Source: Mobula hypostoma
Taxonomy: Eukaryota
Length of the DNA stretch: 64,000 nucleotides
Assembly (NCBI RefSeq): GCF_963921235.1
Contig: NC_086097.1
Coordinates: forward strand, 136,030,001 to 136,094,000
Direction: 5' to 3'
This document shows positions 1-12,453 of the stretch, one piece after another (within the stretch, counting starts at the first letter, position 1; each line of letters opens with the position of its first letter). The notes under the pieces were generated by a model. The model searched no databases and was not told where the DNA came from. It saw only the letters and a program-made list of their open reading frames with translations. The position numbers and the translations under genes are program-made.

Positions 1-746
1 ACGGGTAAAACCCTCCCAACCAGCCGGTCACAGGTAAAGCCCTCCCAACCAGCCGGTCACAGGTAAAGCCCTCCCAACCAGTCCGTCACGGGTAAAGCCC
101 TCCCAACCAGTCTGTCACGGGTAAAGCCCTCCTAACCAGTCCGTCACGGGTAAAACCCTCCCAACCAGTCCGTCACGGGTAAAGCCCTCCCAACCAGTCC
201 GTCACGGGTAAAACCCTGCCAACCAGTCCGTCACAGGTAAAGCCCTCCCAACCAGTCCGTCACGGGTAAAACCCTCCCAACCAGTCCGTCACGGGTAAAG
301 CCCTCCCAACCAGTCTGTCACGGGTAAAACCCTCCCAACCAGCCGGTCACAGGTAAAGCCCTCCCAACCAGTCTGTCACGGGTAAAGCCCTCCCAACCAG
401 TCTGTCACGGGTAAAACCCTCCCAACCAGCCGGTCACGGGTAAAGCCCTCCCAACCAGTCTGTCACGGGTAAAGCCCTCCCAACCAGTCCGTCAGGGGTA
501 AAACCCTCCCAACCAGCCGGTCACGGGTAAAACCCTCCCAACCAGTCCGTCACGGGTAAAGCCCTCCCAACCAGTCTGTCATGGGTAAAACCCTCCCAAC
601 CAGTCCGTCACGGGTAAATCCTTCCCAACCAGTCCGTCACGGGTAAAACCCTCCCATCCAGTCCGTCACGGGTAAAGCCCTCCCAACCAGTCCGTCACGG
701 GTAAAACCCTCCTAACCAGCCGGTCACGGGTAAAACCCTCCCAACC
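1..746. repeat. 29-bp minisatellite (ACGGGTAAARCCCTCCCAACCAGTCCGTC), ~26 copies, runs off the window start
   Basis: Direct reading: the unit recurs every 29 nt with a few variable positions; the last unit runs without a break into LINE sequence. Confidence 0.97.
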
Positions 747-1258
747 TTTGAGCACACCTACATGAAGTGCTGTTACATGAAAGCAGTATCCATCATCAGC
801 AACACCCCCACCGCACCCCACCAGCCACGACATGCTCTCTGCTCACTGCTGCCATCAGGAAGGAGGTACAAGAGTCTCAAGACTCAGATCGCCAGGTTCA
901 GGACCATTTATTACCCCTCAACCATCAGACTCTTGAATCAAAGGGGATAACTTCGCTCAGCTTCACTTCCCCTATCATTGAAATGTTCCCACAACCAGTG
1001 GACCCATTGTCAAGGACGCTTCATCTCATGTTCTCAATATTTATTGCTTATTCATTTATTATTAATGTTGCTTCATTTCGTATTTGCACAGTTTTGCCAT
1101 CTTCTGCACATTGGTTGAACGCCCTGGTTGCGCGGTCTTTCATTGATTCTGTTATGGTTATTATTCTATAGACTTCTTCAGAGTGCCCACATAAAAATGA
1201 AGTTCAGGGTTGGATAGGGTGATATATACGTACTTTGTTAATATATTTACTTTGAATA
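725..1258 (+). mobile_element. 3' end of Rex1/Babar-like LINE (degenerate ORF2 C-terminus plus 3' UTR)
   Basis: ORF 762-950 ends HALCSLLPSGRRYKSLKTQIARFRTIYYPSTIRLLN, a typical Rex1-type C-terminus; a homologous copy lies at 47540-47995. Confidence 0.85.
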
Positions 1259-1333
1259 TTCAATGGAAAAACTTGATATTCAATGCAAAACATCTTGGAA
1301 GATGTTTCAGGTTGAGGACCAGCCCAAGATATT

Positions 1334-2407
1334 CAAGTCAAGTCAAATCAAGTCACGTTTTATTGTCATTTCGACTATAACTGCTGGTACAGTACACAGT
1401 AAAAATGAGACAACGTTTTTCAGGACCATGGTGCTACATGAACAATACAAAAACTACACTGAACTACGTAAAACAACACAAAAACTACACTAGACTACAG
1501 ACCTACCCAGGACTGCATAAAGTGCACAAAACAGTGCAGACTTTACAATAAATATAAACAGGACAATAGGCACAGTAGAGGGCAGGAGGTTGGTGACAGT
1601 CCAGGCTCTGGGTATTGAGTAGTCTGATGGCTCGGGGGAAGAAACTATTACATAGTCTGGTCGTGAAAGCCCGAATACTTCGGTGCCTTTTGCCAGATGG
1701 CAGGAGGGAGAAGAGATTGTATGAGGGATGCTTGGGGTCCTTCATAATGCTGTTTGCTTTGCGGATGCAGCGTGGGCTGTAATTGTCTGTAATGGCGGGA
1801 AGAGAGACCCCGATGATCTTCTCAGTTGACCTCACTATCTGCTGCAGGGTTTTGTGATCCGAGATGGTGCAATTTCCGAACCAGGCAGTAATGCAGCTGC
1901 TCAGGATGCTCTCAATACAACCTCTGTAGAATGTGGTGAGGATGGGGGGTGGGAGATGGACTTTTCTCAGCCTTCACAGAAAGTAGAGACACTGCTGGGC
2001 TTTCTTTGCTATGGAGCTGGTGTTGAGGGACCAGGTGAGATTCTCTGCCAGGTGAACACCAAGAAATTTGGTGCTCTTAACGATCTCTACGGAGGAGTCA
2101 TCGATGTTCAGAGGAGAGTGGTCATTCCATGTCCTCCTGAAGTCAACAACCATCTCTTTTGTTTTGTTCACATTCGGAGATGGATTGGTGGCTCTTCACC
2201 AGTCCATTAGCTGCTGCACCTCCTCTCTGTATGCTGACTCATCGTTCTTGCTGATGAGACCGACTATGGTCGTGTCATCGGCGAACTTGATGATGTGGTT
2301 TGAGCTGTGTGTTGCAGCACAGTCATGGGTCAGCAGACTGAACAACAGTGGACTGAGCACACAGCCCTGGGGGGCCCCCGTGCTCAGTGTAATGGTGTGG
2401 GAGATGC
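1334..2407 (-). mobile_element. 5'-truncated Rex1/Babar-like LINE
   Basis: Minus-strand ORFs KTKEMVVDFRR...[14 protein letters not shown]...KKAQQ and LLPSGKRHRSIRAFTTRLCNSFFPRAIRLLN; (CAAGT)n tail at 1334-1354; a close copy lies at 20160-21008. Confidence 0.9.
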
Positions 2408-3350
2408 TTTGCTTTTCCAGATGCTGCTTGACCCACTATATTCCTCCTGCACTTTGATATTCCACTCCTGAATATTCCATTTAGTGGAGAAGGGTTTTGC
2501 CTGTTATAACTGCATTGTTGATGTTTGTCTTTTGGAAGCTGATGTGGTGGGAGTGCTGACAGACACAATGTTCTGACTGCGAATGATAAAGCCAAAATCC
2601 TGTTCCAAGAGTTGGCATTTACATAGTACTTGCAACATTACAAACATCCCAAAGCACTTTTCAGCAGCAAGTGCCAGACTAAATTTGAGACCAAGCCACA
2701 TATAGGAACTCTTGCATCAAGTTGTGCAAAGGGAGGCCTCAGTAGTTGTGTTTTGAGTGAGATGGAAAACAACACAAAGTTTTTGGGACCTTGAAAAATG
2801 GTAAGGACAAGTCTACCTCCATAACCAACGGGAGTTAAAACTAGAGAACAAAAACTGGGGTGTAGGGAGAGGCGGAGGCCCAAAACATCGATTATTTATT
2901 CATTTTCATAGATCCTGCCTGACCTGCTGAGTTCCTCCAACATTTGTGCGTGTTGCAGCGGAGGGCGAGTCAAATCAGCTCCAACAAAAGCAGAGAAAGG
3001 AATAGGGAAAAGAGAAGCAAACTGGTTGGTAAAGAGTGAATGTCTCGGAGCACAGGAATGTGCAAAGGCACAAGCCCCAGCATTATGGGATTGTTATCAG
3101 GACATCAGCAACCACTGGATGCTCCTGACTGCTCATTAATCCACTGCAGGGAATCTTTAATGGTGTGCAAAAGTACAAGCTGGTAGACAAACCACTATAA
3201 ACAGAGTTATTGAAGACTGGCACAGGATTTGGCCACCTGGCCCTCAAGCCTACTATCCCATTCATCAAGATTATTCTGTTCTGTCCCAGCACTATATTCC
3301 TGCTCCCCACCACTAGATGTCTTTTCTGACCAAAAGAGATCTATCTCCTT

Positions 3351-3574
3351 AAGCAATACACATAAAAGTTGCTGGTGAACACAGCAGGCCAGGCAGCATC
3401 TCAAGGAAGAGGTACGGCCGACGTTTCAGGCCGAGACCCTTCGTCAAGGGTCTCAACCTGAAACGTCGACGGTACCTCTTCCTAGAGATGCTGCCTGGCC
3501 TGCTGCATTCACCAGCAACTTCTACCTGTGTTGCTTGAATTTCCAGCATGTGCAGATTTCCTCATGTTTGTGTT
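3351..3574. mobile_element. Fold-back (inverted) duplication of a Penelope-like element 3' end, 13-bp TSD
   Basis: Arms ~3351-3441 and ~3446-3537 are reverse complements; flanks GATCTATCTCCTT (3338-3350) and GATCTATCGCCTT (3575-3587). Confidence 0.9.
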
Positions 3575-3934
3575 GATCTATCGCCTTCTTAGGGACTGCA
3601 ACCTCTAGTTCATAGACTTTCATGACCTACCGGGGTATGTGTACCACAAGTGTGTGTAAATCTTTAAGTATGCTTATGAACGTGTATGCCTGTCTCTATA
3701 CTTGTACAGAACATATACATGAGGTTTTTATTATGACACCATTCAACCAACTCAAAACTTCCCTGATTCGCTCCTGCCTCACCCTAAGTCATGCTCACCC
3801 ACTGTAGAATCCTCCCCCCTGTTAATCTCAGAGAACGTTTCATATTGGGAGCACCCGGATAGCATAGAAATAGTGTGATGCTTGGGGCAGCAGTGTTTGG
3901 AGCTCACTTCCAATGCCGTCTTTAAGAAGCTTGT

Positions 3935-4310
3935 ACTTCCCGTACTGGGGTGACCAGAATTTCACACAATACTCCGTGCGGTCTGACTGAAGTTTTATAT
4001 AGCTGGGGTGTGACTTTCTTACTCTTATGCTCAGCACCTTTTCTAATGAAGGCAAGCATTTCATACACCTTCTCAATCAGTTTATCAACTCGCATAGTCA
4101 CTTTCTGTGAACTATGGACCTGGATCCCAAGATCCCTTGGTACCTCCATACTGCTACCATGTTCTGTATACTTTCCCCTTATATTTGACCTCCAAAAATG
4201 TAACACTTCACACTTGCCAAGATTAAACGGCATCTTGCACTGCTCTGCACATATCTATAATTGTCTCACTGTATTCTTCGACAGTTCCTTACACTGTCCA
4301 CAACGCCAAC
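3935..4310 (-). mobile_element. CR1 LINE fragment
   Basis: Minus ORFs FNLGKCEVLHF...RDLGIQVHSS and EYCVKFWSP are CR1 RT C-terminal motifs. Confidence 0.85.
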
Positions 4311-4589
4311 CTTGGTGGGCCGGAAGGGCCCGTTCTGTACTCTATCTCTAAGTAAATAAACTCAATGGATAAAAGCATCTCACAACACTAGGGTTTCTTA
4401 CTGAAATGAGTTTAACGTCACAAACATCACAAACACGAATAGTAGAGGAATGAACCCCATTTGTAAATATGGATAAAATTCAGAAATTGGAGATGCAAAT
4501 GGACTTTGGAGTCCTCGACCAGGATCTCCTTGTGGTTAACTTGCAGGTTGAGTCGATGGTAAAGAAGGTAAATTCAGTGTTAGCAGTCA

Positions 4590-6300
4590 AGAACATAGAT
4601 CAGTACAGTGCCAGACAAGCCATTGGACCCATCATGTTTACTGATTTTCCTTTTTTTTTGCACTATTTATTTATTTAGTTTTACTGTAACCTCTGATAAT
4701 TTGTTATGCTTACTCTGTGCCGTTGCCACAAAGCCACACATTTTATGACTATTGTCAGTGACAACAAACCTGATTCTGATCTTGATGCCAGTTTATACTA
4801 AATGTCCTCCTTCAGTATATCACAGAGTATGTATCACTGCTTGCCCTTCATATCCATGTGCCTATTTAAAAGCTTCTTAACCTCCACCAAACTGCCTGCT
4901 TCCAATACTAGACCTGGTAACTCAATACAAGCACTTGTACTTTGCATTAAAAAATTGCCTCTCACTTTCCTTTTATACTTCCCCATGCTAACCTTCGAAG
5001 CATGCCCTCTGGTGTTTGACATATCTACTGTGGAGAATGATTCTGACAGTGTATAAATAAGAACCTCTATCATGTTCTCCCTCAGTCGCTGATATTCCAG
5101 GGTGAACTACCCAAGTTTGTCCAACCTTTCCAATACAGGCAGCATCCTGGTAAACCTGGCCTGCACGCACTCTTTCCACAGTCTCCACAGCCCTCCTATC
5201 ATGGGGTGAACAGAATTTCACACATTACTCCAAGTGTGGTCCGGACTGAAGTGTTATATAGCTGAGGCATGATCTCTTTACTCTTCAATGAAGGCAAGTA
5301 TTCCATAGGCTTTCTTCACCATCTTATCCACCTGCATTCCCACCTTCAGTGAACCATGGACCTGGACCCAAAGATCCCTTGCTACCTCCATATAGTTAAG
5401 GGGGCAACCATTAACTGGGGCGGCATGGTAGCGTAGTGGTTAGCACAACGTTTTGCAGTGCAGGTGACCTGGGTTCAATTCCCGCCGCTGCCTGTAAGGA
5501 GTTTGTACGCCCTCCCTGTGACCGCCTGGGTTTCCTCTGGGTGCTCTGGTTTCGCCTCACAGTCCAAAGATATACTGGTTGGTAGGTTAATTGGTCATTT
5601 TAAAATTTCCCCGTGATCAGGCTAGGGTTAAATAGGGGCATTGCTGGGTGGCTTTGAGAGCCAGAAGGACCTATTCCATGCTGTATCTCAATAAATAAAA
5701 TAAAAACAACTAACTGAGTACTTCTCCCTTACATATGACCCGCAAAAGTGAAACACTTCACATCTGCCGGGATTAACCACCATCCTCCACTACTCTGTCC
5801 ATATCTGTAGAGGTTCTATGTCTCACTGTGTTCTTTGATAGTCCCTTACACTGTCCACAGCTCTGCCAGTCTTGCTGTCATCTGCAAACTTGTTAATCCT
5901 CTCATCTACATTATCACATATAACAGAGGTCCCAGTTCTGATGCTTTGTAGAACATCACAAGCCATGGACCTCAAGGCAGACAAACAGCCTTTTTTCCCA
6001 CAATCTTCTATGGGTAAGCCGGTTCCAATTCCAAACTTGCAATTCACCATGGATCCTAGGCATCTTTATCTTTTGACTCATCCTACCATGATTATCAAAA
6101 GCTTTACTTATGTAGATCACATCCATTGCCTTACCCTCACTGAGCACCTTTGTTACCTCCTCTGAAAAATTAACTTTCTAAGCCATGGCCTGTCTCGCAT
6201 AAAGTCATGCTGACTGTCGCTAAGCATAAGTTCTGTCCTACAATGTTCTCTTTCCTACCATTGACATGAGGCTCCCTGACATATAATTACCTAGATTATT
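4590..6300 (-). mobile_element. Degenerate CR1 LINE, interrupted by a SINE and a small fragment
   Basis: Motifs GKAMDVIYISKAFD, INKFADDSK and TRGHASK...RGNF across minus-strand ORFs. Confidence 0.8.
5417..5708 (+). mobile_element. tRNA-derived V-SINE (HE1-like)
   Basis: A-box TAGCGTAGTGG, B-box GGTTCAATTCC, V-domain GGAGTTTGTACG...GGGTTTCCTCTGGGTGCTCTGGTTTC...CAGTCCAAAGA, A-rich tail. Confidence 0.85.
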
Positions 6301-6871
6301 CAGAATCAGAATCTGGTTCAATATCACCAGCATATGTTATGAAATTTGTTAACTTTACTGCACTAGTACAATGTAATACATGATAATATAGAAAAAAAAC
6401 TAAATTGCAGTGAGTGTATATATATGTATATTAAATAGTTAGATTAAGTAATTTGTGCAAAAACAGAAATAAAAATTAATGAGGTAATGTTCATGGATTC
6501 CACATCCATTTAGGTATCAGATGGCAGAGGGGAAGAAGCCGTTCCTGAATGGCTGAGTGTGGTCCTTCAGGTTTCTGTGCCTTCTTCCTGATGGTAACAA
6601 TGAGAAGAGGACATGTTCCTCTTTCCCTTCTTAAACAAAGCACATTTGCTATTCTCCTGTCCTCCAAGAACTCACCTGTTGCTAGTGAGAATGCAAAGAT
6701 CTTGTCAAAGCTCCAGCAATATCATCGATATCCTCAAAGCCCCAGCAATATATTCTAGGATATTTGCCATCCTGCCCTGTGGACTAATGCTTTTCAGAAG
6801 ATTCAGCACCACCACCTCAATCTCAAAGTGTCCCAGCACACTATCATGCTCCGCTCTATTTTCACTGTCTC

Positions 6872-7440
6872 CACTTGATGTCGGTAAGACCAAGAAATTG
6901 ATTGTGGACTTCAGGAAGGGAATTTAAGGGAACACACATCAGTCCTCATCGCAGGATCAGCAGTGGACAGGGTGAGCAGTTTCCAATTCCTGGTTGTCAA
7001 CATCTCTGAAGATCTATCCTGAGCCCAATATATTGATGTAATTACAAATAAAGCATGACAGCAGCTATACTTCATCAGGAGTTTGAGCCGGCTTGGTACG
7101 TCACATTAGATTCTAGGAAATTTCTACAGACATACCATGGAGAGCATTCCAGCTGGTTGCATCACCTTCTGTTATGGGTTACTGCACAGGATGGGAAAAA
7201 GCTGCTAACAGTTGCGAATTCAGCCTCCCCAGCATCAAGGACACCTTCAAAAGGTGATGCATCCAAAAGGCAGCATCCATCATTAAGGACTCCTGTCACT
7301 CAGGGCATGCCCTCTTCCTTTTGCTACAACCAAGGAGGAGGTACAGAATCCTGAAGACAAACACTCGATGTTTCAGCAATGAAACCACCTTCCCCTCCTC
7401 CATTAGATTTCTGAATGGAAAACAAATCCATGAACATTAC
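6872..7440 (+). mobile_element. Rex1/Babar-like LINE fragment
   Basis: DVGKTKKLIVDFRKG motif followed by a frameshifted C-terminal region. Confidence 0.75.
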
Positions 7441-7917
7441 CTTACTGTCTTCCCCTCTCTTTTTGCATTACTTATTTAATTTAATTTTTTAAAACAAGTA
7501 AATATACTGCTTATTTATAATCCAGCGGATTATCGGCACCCAATTGACCACTATTGAGAACATCTACCATAAACACTGCCTGGGCAGGGTGAAAAGCATT
7601 ATCTGACAATAAAGTTGAATCTAATCTAATCTTATAGTTTCTCTATTATTGTACATTGCAATGCATTGCTGCAGCAAAACAACAGGTTTCACAGCATATG
7701 CCAGTGAAAACTGATTTTGATTCTGTAACATTAATGCATGAGTGGTACTGAAAATTAAATTAAATCCGTAGTGCAAAAAAAAACCCAAAAAACAGGAAAA
7801 AATAGTGAGGTACTGTACATGGGTTCATTACCCATTCAGAAATCTGATGGTGGAGGGGAAGAAACTGTTCCTAAAGCCTTGAATATGTGTCCTCAGGATC
7901 CTGTACCTCCTCCTTAT

Positions 7918-8335
7918 TATAACCATATAACCATATAACAATTACAGCACGGAAACAGGCCATCTCAGCCCTTCTAGTCCGTGCTGAACTCTTACTCTCA
8001 CCTAGTCCCAGTGACCTGCACTCAGCCCATAACCCTCCATTCCTTTCCTGTCCATATAGCTATCCAATTTTACTTTAAATGACAATATCGATCCTGCCTC
8101 TACCACTTCTGCCAGAAGCTCGTTCCACACAGCTACCACTCTCTGAGTAAAGAAGTTCCCCCTCATGTTCCCCCTCAACTTTTGCCCCCTAACTCTCAAC
8201 TCATGTCCTCTTGTTTGAATCTCCCCCACTCTCAATGGAAAAAACCTATCCACGTCAACTCTATCTATCCCCCTCATAATTTTAAATACCTCTATTAAGT
8301 ACCCCCTCAAACTTCTACGCTCCAAAGAATAAGGA
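7918..8335 (-). mobile_element. Young CR1 (HER1-like) 3' fragment
   Basis: Intact ORF 8002-8325 LRGYLIEVFKIMRGIDRVD...TRGH...FFTQRVVAVWNELL; (AACCATAT)n tail. Confidence 0.92.
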
Positions 8336-8879
8336 AAAAATATCTCCTTGATGGTAGCAATGAGAAGAGGACATGTCCTAGGTGATGATGGTCCTTAATG
8401 ACAGATGCCAGCTTTTTGAGGCCCTGTGTGGTCTTCCTAATCACCTGCTTTAGCACTTTCCTGCTATCGTTATATTCCACAAAGGCCCCGTCAGATTTTT
8501 AACTCCTAAACCCTAAAATCACTTCTTTTTCCTTCCTGACCAAATTTAGGACATCTTTGATTATCCAATTTCCTTCAGCCAGAGGGTGTGAGTCTGTGGA
8601 ATCTGTTGCAATAGAGGGTTATGGAGGCCAAGTCATTGGGTGTTTTTTTAAAGTAGAATTCGGTACTTTAATTAGTAAGGTGATGAAGGGCTACAGTTGA
8701 AGTCTGTGATGCTTTTCCAAAGCTATCTGGGACATTTAGCAACTTTGAAAAGTGCCACAAATTCTTGTGAACCACAGCATTTGACCAGTGAACACAAATT
8801 ACCCATAAGGGATTAGGCCATGCTAATAACACCAGCCCACTCATGGAAACTTGTGGCTTTGAGACATCTGGAAATGCAG

Positions 8880-9125
8880 GCTTAAAAATCTTGGCTGAGC
8901 TGCCCCAGTAAAGAATTGAGGGAGTGCTCCACAATCAAAGATTCTGGCTTTCAGATGAGATGTTGAGCTCCACGGCCAGTATATCCTTTGTAATCCAGTG
9001 TATACTCTGGATGTCAGAGATATCTTCTGCCACTTTACAAAGAGGCAGTCTGCACCCTGGCTGTGTGCCATCTAATTCCGTTTTCCAACAATTTGTCTTA
9101 AATTTCTGAGCCTCATATCAACTAA
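8880..9125 (+). mobile_element. Old Deu-domain SINE relic
   Basis: TGAGGGAGTGCT...CTTTCAGATGAGATGTT...CTGGATGT resembles the Deu core; similar to 34530-34620 and 18330-18460. Confidence 0.55.
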
Positions 9126-10229
9126 CAGCAGAGAAGGAGGGTCCTTTTGCCCATGAAAGCACGTTAGAAGAACAATCCTGTTGGCCCATTCTTCTCTGAC
9201 GAAACATGAAATGGTGGCTCCGTCTCTCTCCACACAGTTCCCACCAGACTTGCTGATTATTTCCAGTTTTTGGTTTTTATTTTTGGATTGCCAGTGTCTA
9301 GAGTTCTTTCCCTCTTGAGTTCCACTCCCAATCTGTATTGCCGATATTCTGCGTTTCCCCAGCTCCAGGACTGTTAGTCCTCTGTGTTCCTGCTTAACTA
9401 CCTTCAGTACTGTCTCCAACCTTTAACCGTTCCTCTCCCCACCCCACTCCCTACTACCAGCTCACTCACTTTGCCTCTTAATTTCTTCCCCTCTTTGTTC
9501 CTCATAGGTACAGCTCTTCACTGCATCAATGACGTCTACAAGAGGTGATGACTCAAGAAGGTGACACCCATCATCATGAGGTACAGGAACCTGAAGACCC
9601 ACACCTCAGGGTTCAACAGCAGCCTCTTCCCCACTGCCACAGGGTTCTTAAACTGACCTGAAAAATCCTAACACCACCTCAGATTATATTTCTTCTGCTC
9701 GCTTTCATTTTGCATTCATGTCATTTTCTGCATTTTGTCAAGTAAGCCCTGCATAACTTAAGTTTATGTTAACCCACGTGGTCATATCTGTAATGGACTG
9801 TGCTGCCGCTGCAAAAAGCTAGTTTTCATGGTATTTTCATGGTGTGTATATACTGTATGTCTTAAACATGTCTCTCTCATCGAGATCCACCTGCCACTGC
9901 CTCTCAATAGTAACCCACGCCCCCTCTCCTCTACCTGACACAACTTGCCTTCATAAGACCATAAGACCATAAGGCTCAGGAGTAGAATTAGGCCATTTGG
10001 TCCATCGAGTCAGCTGTGCCATTTAATCATGGCTGATCCTTTTTTTCCCCCTTCCTCAACTTGGCTCCATAGCCTTCTGCCCTCTCTCTTTCACCCTGTC
10101 TCACCTTGGACTCCTGCTCACCTTTTCCCCTCTCCTCTTTATATTGACCATCTCCCATCTCCACCCTCAGTACTGATGCATGATTTCAGCCCAGAACATT
10201 GACAATTCATCAGTGAGTGTGGTCTTTAA

Positions 10230-10738
10230 TCAGGCAGCACTTGGAGATTGTGGCTCATCTCTGGTCACCCCATTACAGGAAGTACGTGGTGACAGTGGAG
10301 ATGGTGCAGAAGACGTTTGTCTGGATCAGAAGGTGGAACTATAAATAAAGGTTGGACAAACTGAGTTTGTTCTCCCTAGGGTGTCAATGGCTGAGGGAAG
10401 ACCTGATTGTCGTTATTAAAATTATGGAAGGTCAACAGTCGGAATCTTTTCCCTAATGTAGAAATGTCAAACAGTTTTTAAGATTAGAGGAGGGGAGTTT
10501 AAATGCAAGGAGCAGCATGCACATGGAATGGATTACCCTAACAGGGGTAGTTATGGAAGTGGGCCGTTCAGTGGAGTGTAAGAGGCTTTTCGACCATCAC
10601 ATGAATGTGAAAGGAATGGAAGGATATGGATGAAACACAGGAAGAGGACGGTTAGTACAAATTGGCATCAAGATGGACACAACATTGTGGACTGAATGGC
10701 CTGTCCAGTGTTGTATTCTTCTGTGCTCTGTATTCTAC
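10230..10738 (+). mobile_element. Degenerate CR1 3' fragment
   Basis: TCTGGTCACCCCATTACAGGAAG...GGCTGAGGGAAGACCTGAT... and CR1 3' UTR GGACTGAATGGCCTGT. Confidence 0.75.
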
Positions 10739-11738
10739 TTCAGTATCTCTCACCCCATGGGACCTGCAGAGTCCTCCAGCAGATTGTCTGTTGCTCTGGA
10801 TTTTGTCCTAAGCTCCTGTCAGAAAGTTGTGTCTGAATCTGCCTCACTAGAGCTCAGAGCGTGGAGGCACATCTCAGCCCTCTCCCTTTCCTCTGGTCAG
10901 CCAGCTTCCCTGCTGCCCCCTGGAGCAACACACAAGATGCTGGAAGAACTCAGTGGGTCAAACAGTATCTGGGGAAGGGAATGGACAGTGTCTTTCTCAC
11001 CTCCTTCCTTTTATTCTAAGGTCTACTGTCCTCTCCTATCAGATTTCATCTGCTTCCTGTTTAAGATGGTGCTGCTGTAGTTGTGTAGTTGAGCTTACTG
11101 GTAGGTCATAAGGTATGAAATACGACCTAAAAACATTACTAATAACACATTTTCTGAAGTAAATTGTGGTCAACTATCACCACAAACAATGAAGAAGTAA
11201 GCGGAGGTGAAGTTGATTCGAAGGATGAGCCGTACTGGTGCATCGCAAAGCCGAAATGCAATGTGTTCGAGGTGGGGTCACAGATGGAGTTGTTATCACT
11301 GGCGCTGTTAGAGCGAACGACTTGGAGAGGAGCTGATGCAGAAGAATGTCAATGCCCCTCCTCCTAACCTGGGTGCGAGGTTGGATCGCTCCAGGCACTG
11401 AGACGAGATTCAGAACAGCTTCAGGTTGTGCCGTTACACAGGGCCCAGGTCCTAGAGCATGGCGCTACCCAGTGTCTGGACAATTTAAACGCTGGCCGAG
11501 ATAGACAGGAAAGCCTGAGTGTGGAGGTGAGGGTCGGGCCGATTTCGCTCGCTCTCCCGCGATGTTCATTCCTCTCTCCGGTGGATGTTGTCTCTGTGAG
11601 CTTTGCAGCATTTTTGCCCCGCTAATATGATGAACTTGACATCGAGGCTTGGGCCTACTACTCCAGCTACTCTGGGGAGTGGACCTAAGGGCTCAGTCTG
11701 GTTTGGAATGCTGTCAGTTGCATCTATTGTTTGCATGA

Positions 11739-11969
11739 TGTGTATGTGTGTGTGTGTGTGTGTGTGCGTGTGTGTATCTGTGTGTGTGTGTGTGTGTGAG
11801 TGTGTGTGTGTGTGTGAGAGTGTGTGAGTGTGTGTGTGTGTGTGTGTGAGTGTGTGTGTGTGTGAGAGTGTGTGTGAGTGTGTGAGTGTGTGTGTGTGTG
11901 TATGTGTGAGTGTGTGAGTTTGTGTGTGAGTGAGTGTGTGCGTGTGTGTGTGAGTGTGTGTGTGTGTAT

Positions 11970-12003
<34 letters not shown>

Positions 12004-12040
12004 CTCTGTGTGTGTGTGTGTGAGAGTGTGTGTGTGTGTA

Positions 12041-12078
<38 letters not shown>

Positions 12079-12393
12079 TGTGTGTGTGTGTGTGAGAGTG
12101 TGTGAGTGTGTGTGTATGTGTGTGTGAGTGTGTATGTGTGTGTGTGTGTGTATCTGTGTGTGTGTGTGTGAGTGTGTGTGTGTGTGTGTGAGTGTGTGTG
12201 TGTGTGTGAGAGTGTGTGTGAGTGTGTGAGTGTGTGTGTATGTGTGTGTGTGTGAGTTTGTGTGCGAGTGAGTGTGTGCGTGTGTGTGTGAGTGTGTGTG
12301 AGTGTGTGTATGTGTGTGTGTGAATGTGTGAGTGTGAGTGTGTGTGAGTGTGTGTGTATGTGTGTGAGTGTGTGTGTGTATCTCTGTGTGTGT

Positions 12394-12453
<60 letters not shown>

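Noticed and set aside
1..746. CRISPR-like array of ~29-bp repeats
   Set aside because: Units are head-to-tail with no unique spacers, there are no cas genes, and the context is eukaryotic; it is a minisatellite.
1854..2210. Conserved-looking ORF repeated at 20443-20925
   Set aside because: It is the antisense frame of two copies of the same LINE, so the similarity reflects repeat identity, not a gene family.
1295..2460. Possible fourth PLE fold-back split by the Rex1-like LINE
   Set aside because: GATGTTTCAGGTTGAGG followed by AGCCCAAGATATT...GATGCTGCTTGACC hints at it, but the arms are too degraded and no TSD was found.
5417..5490. tRNA gene
   Set aside because: The tRNA-like head continues into a V-SINE body and tail; no intact cloverleaf is supported.
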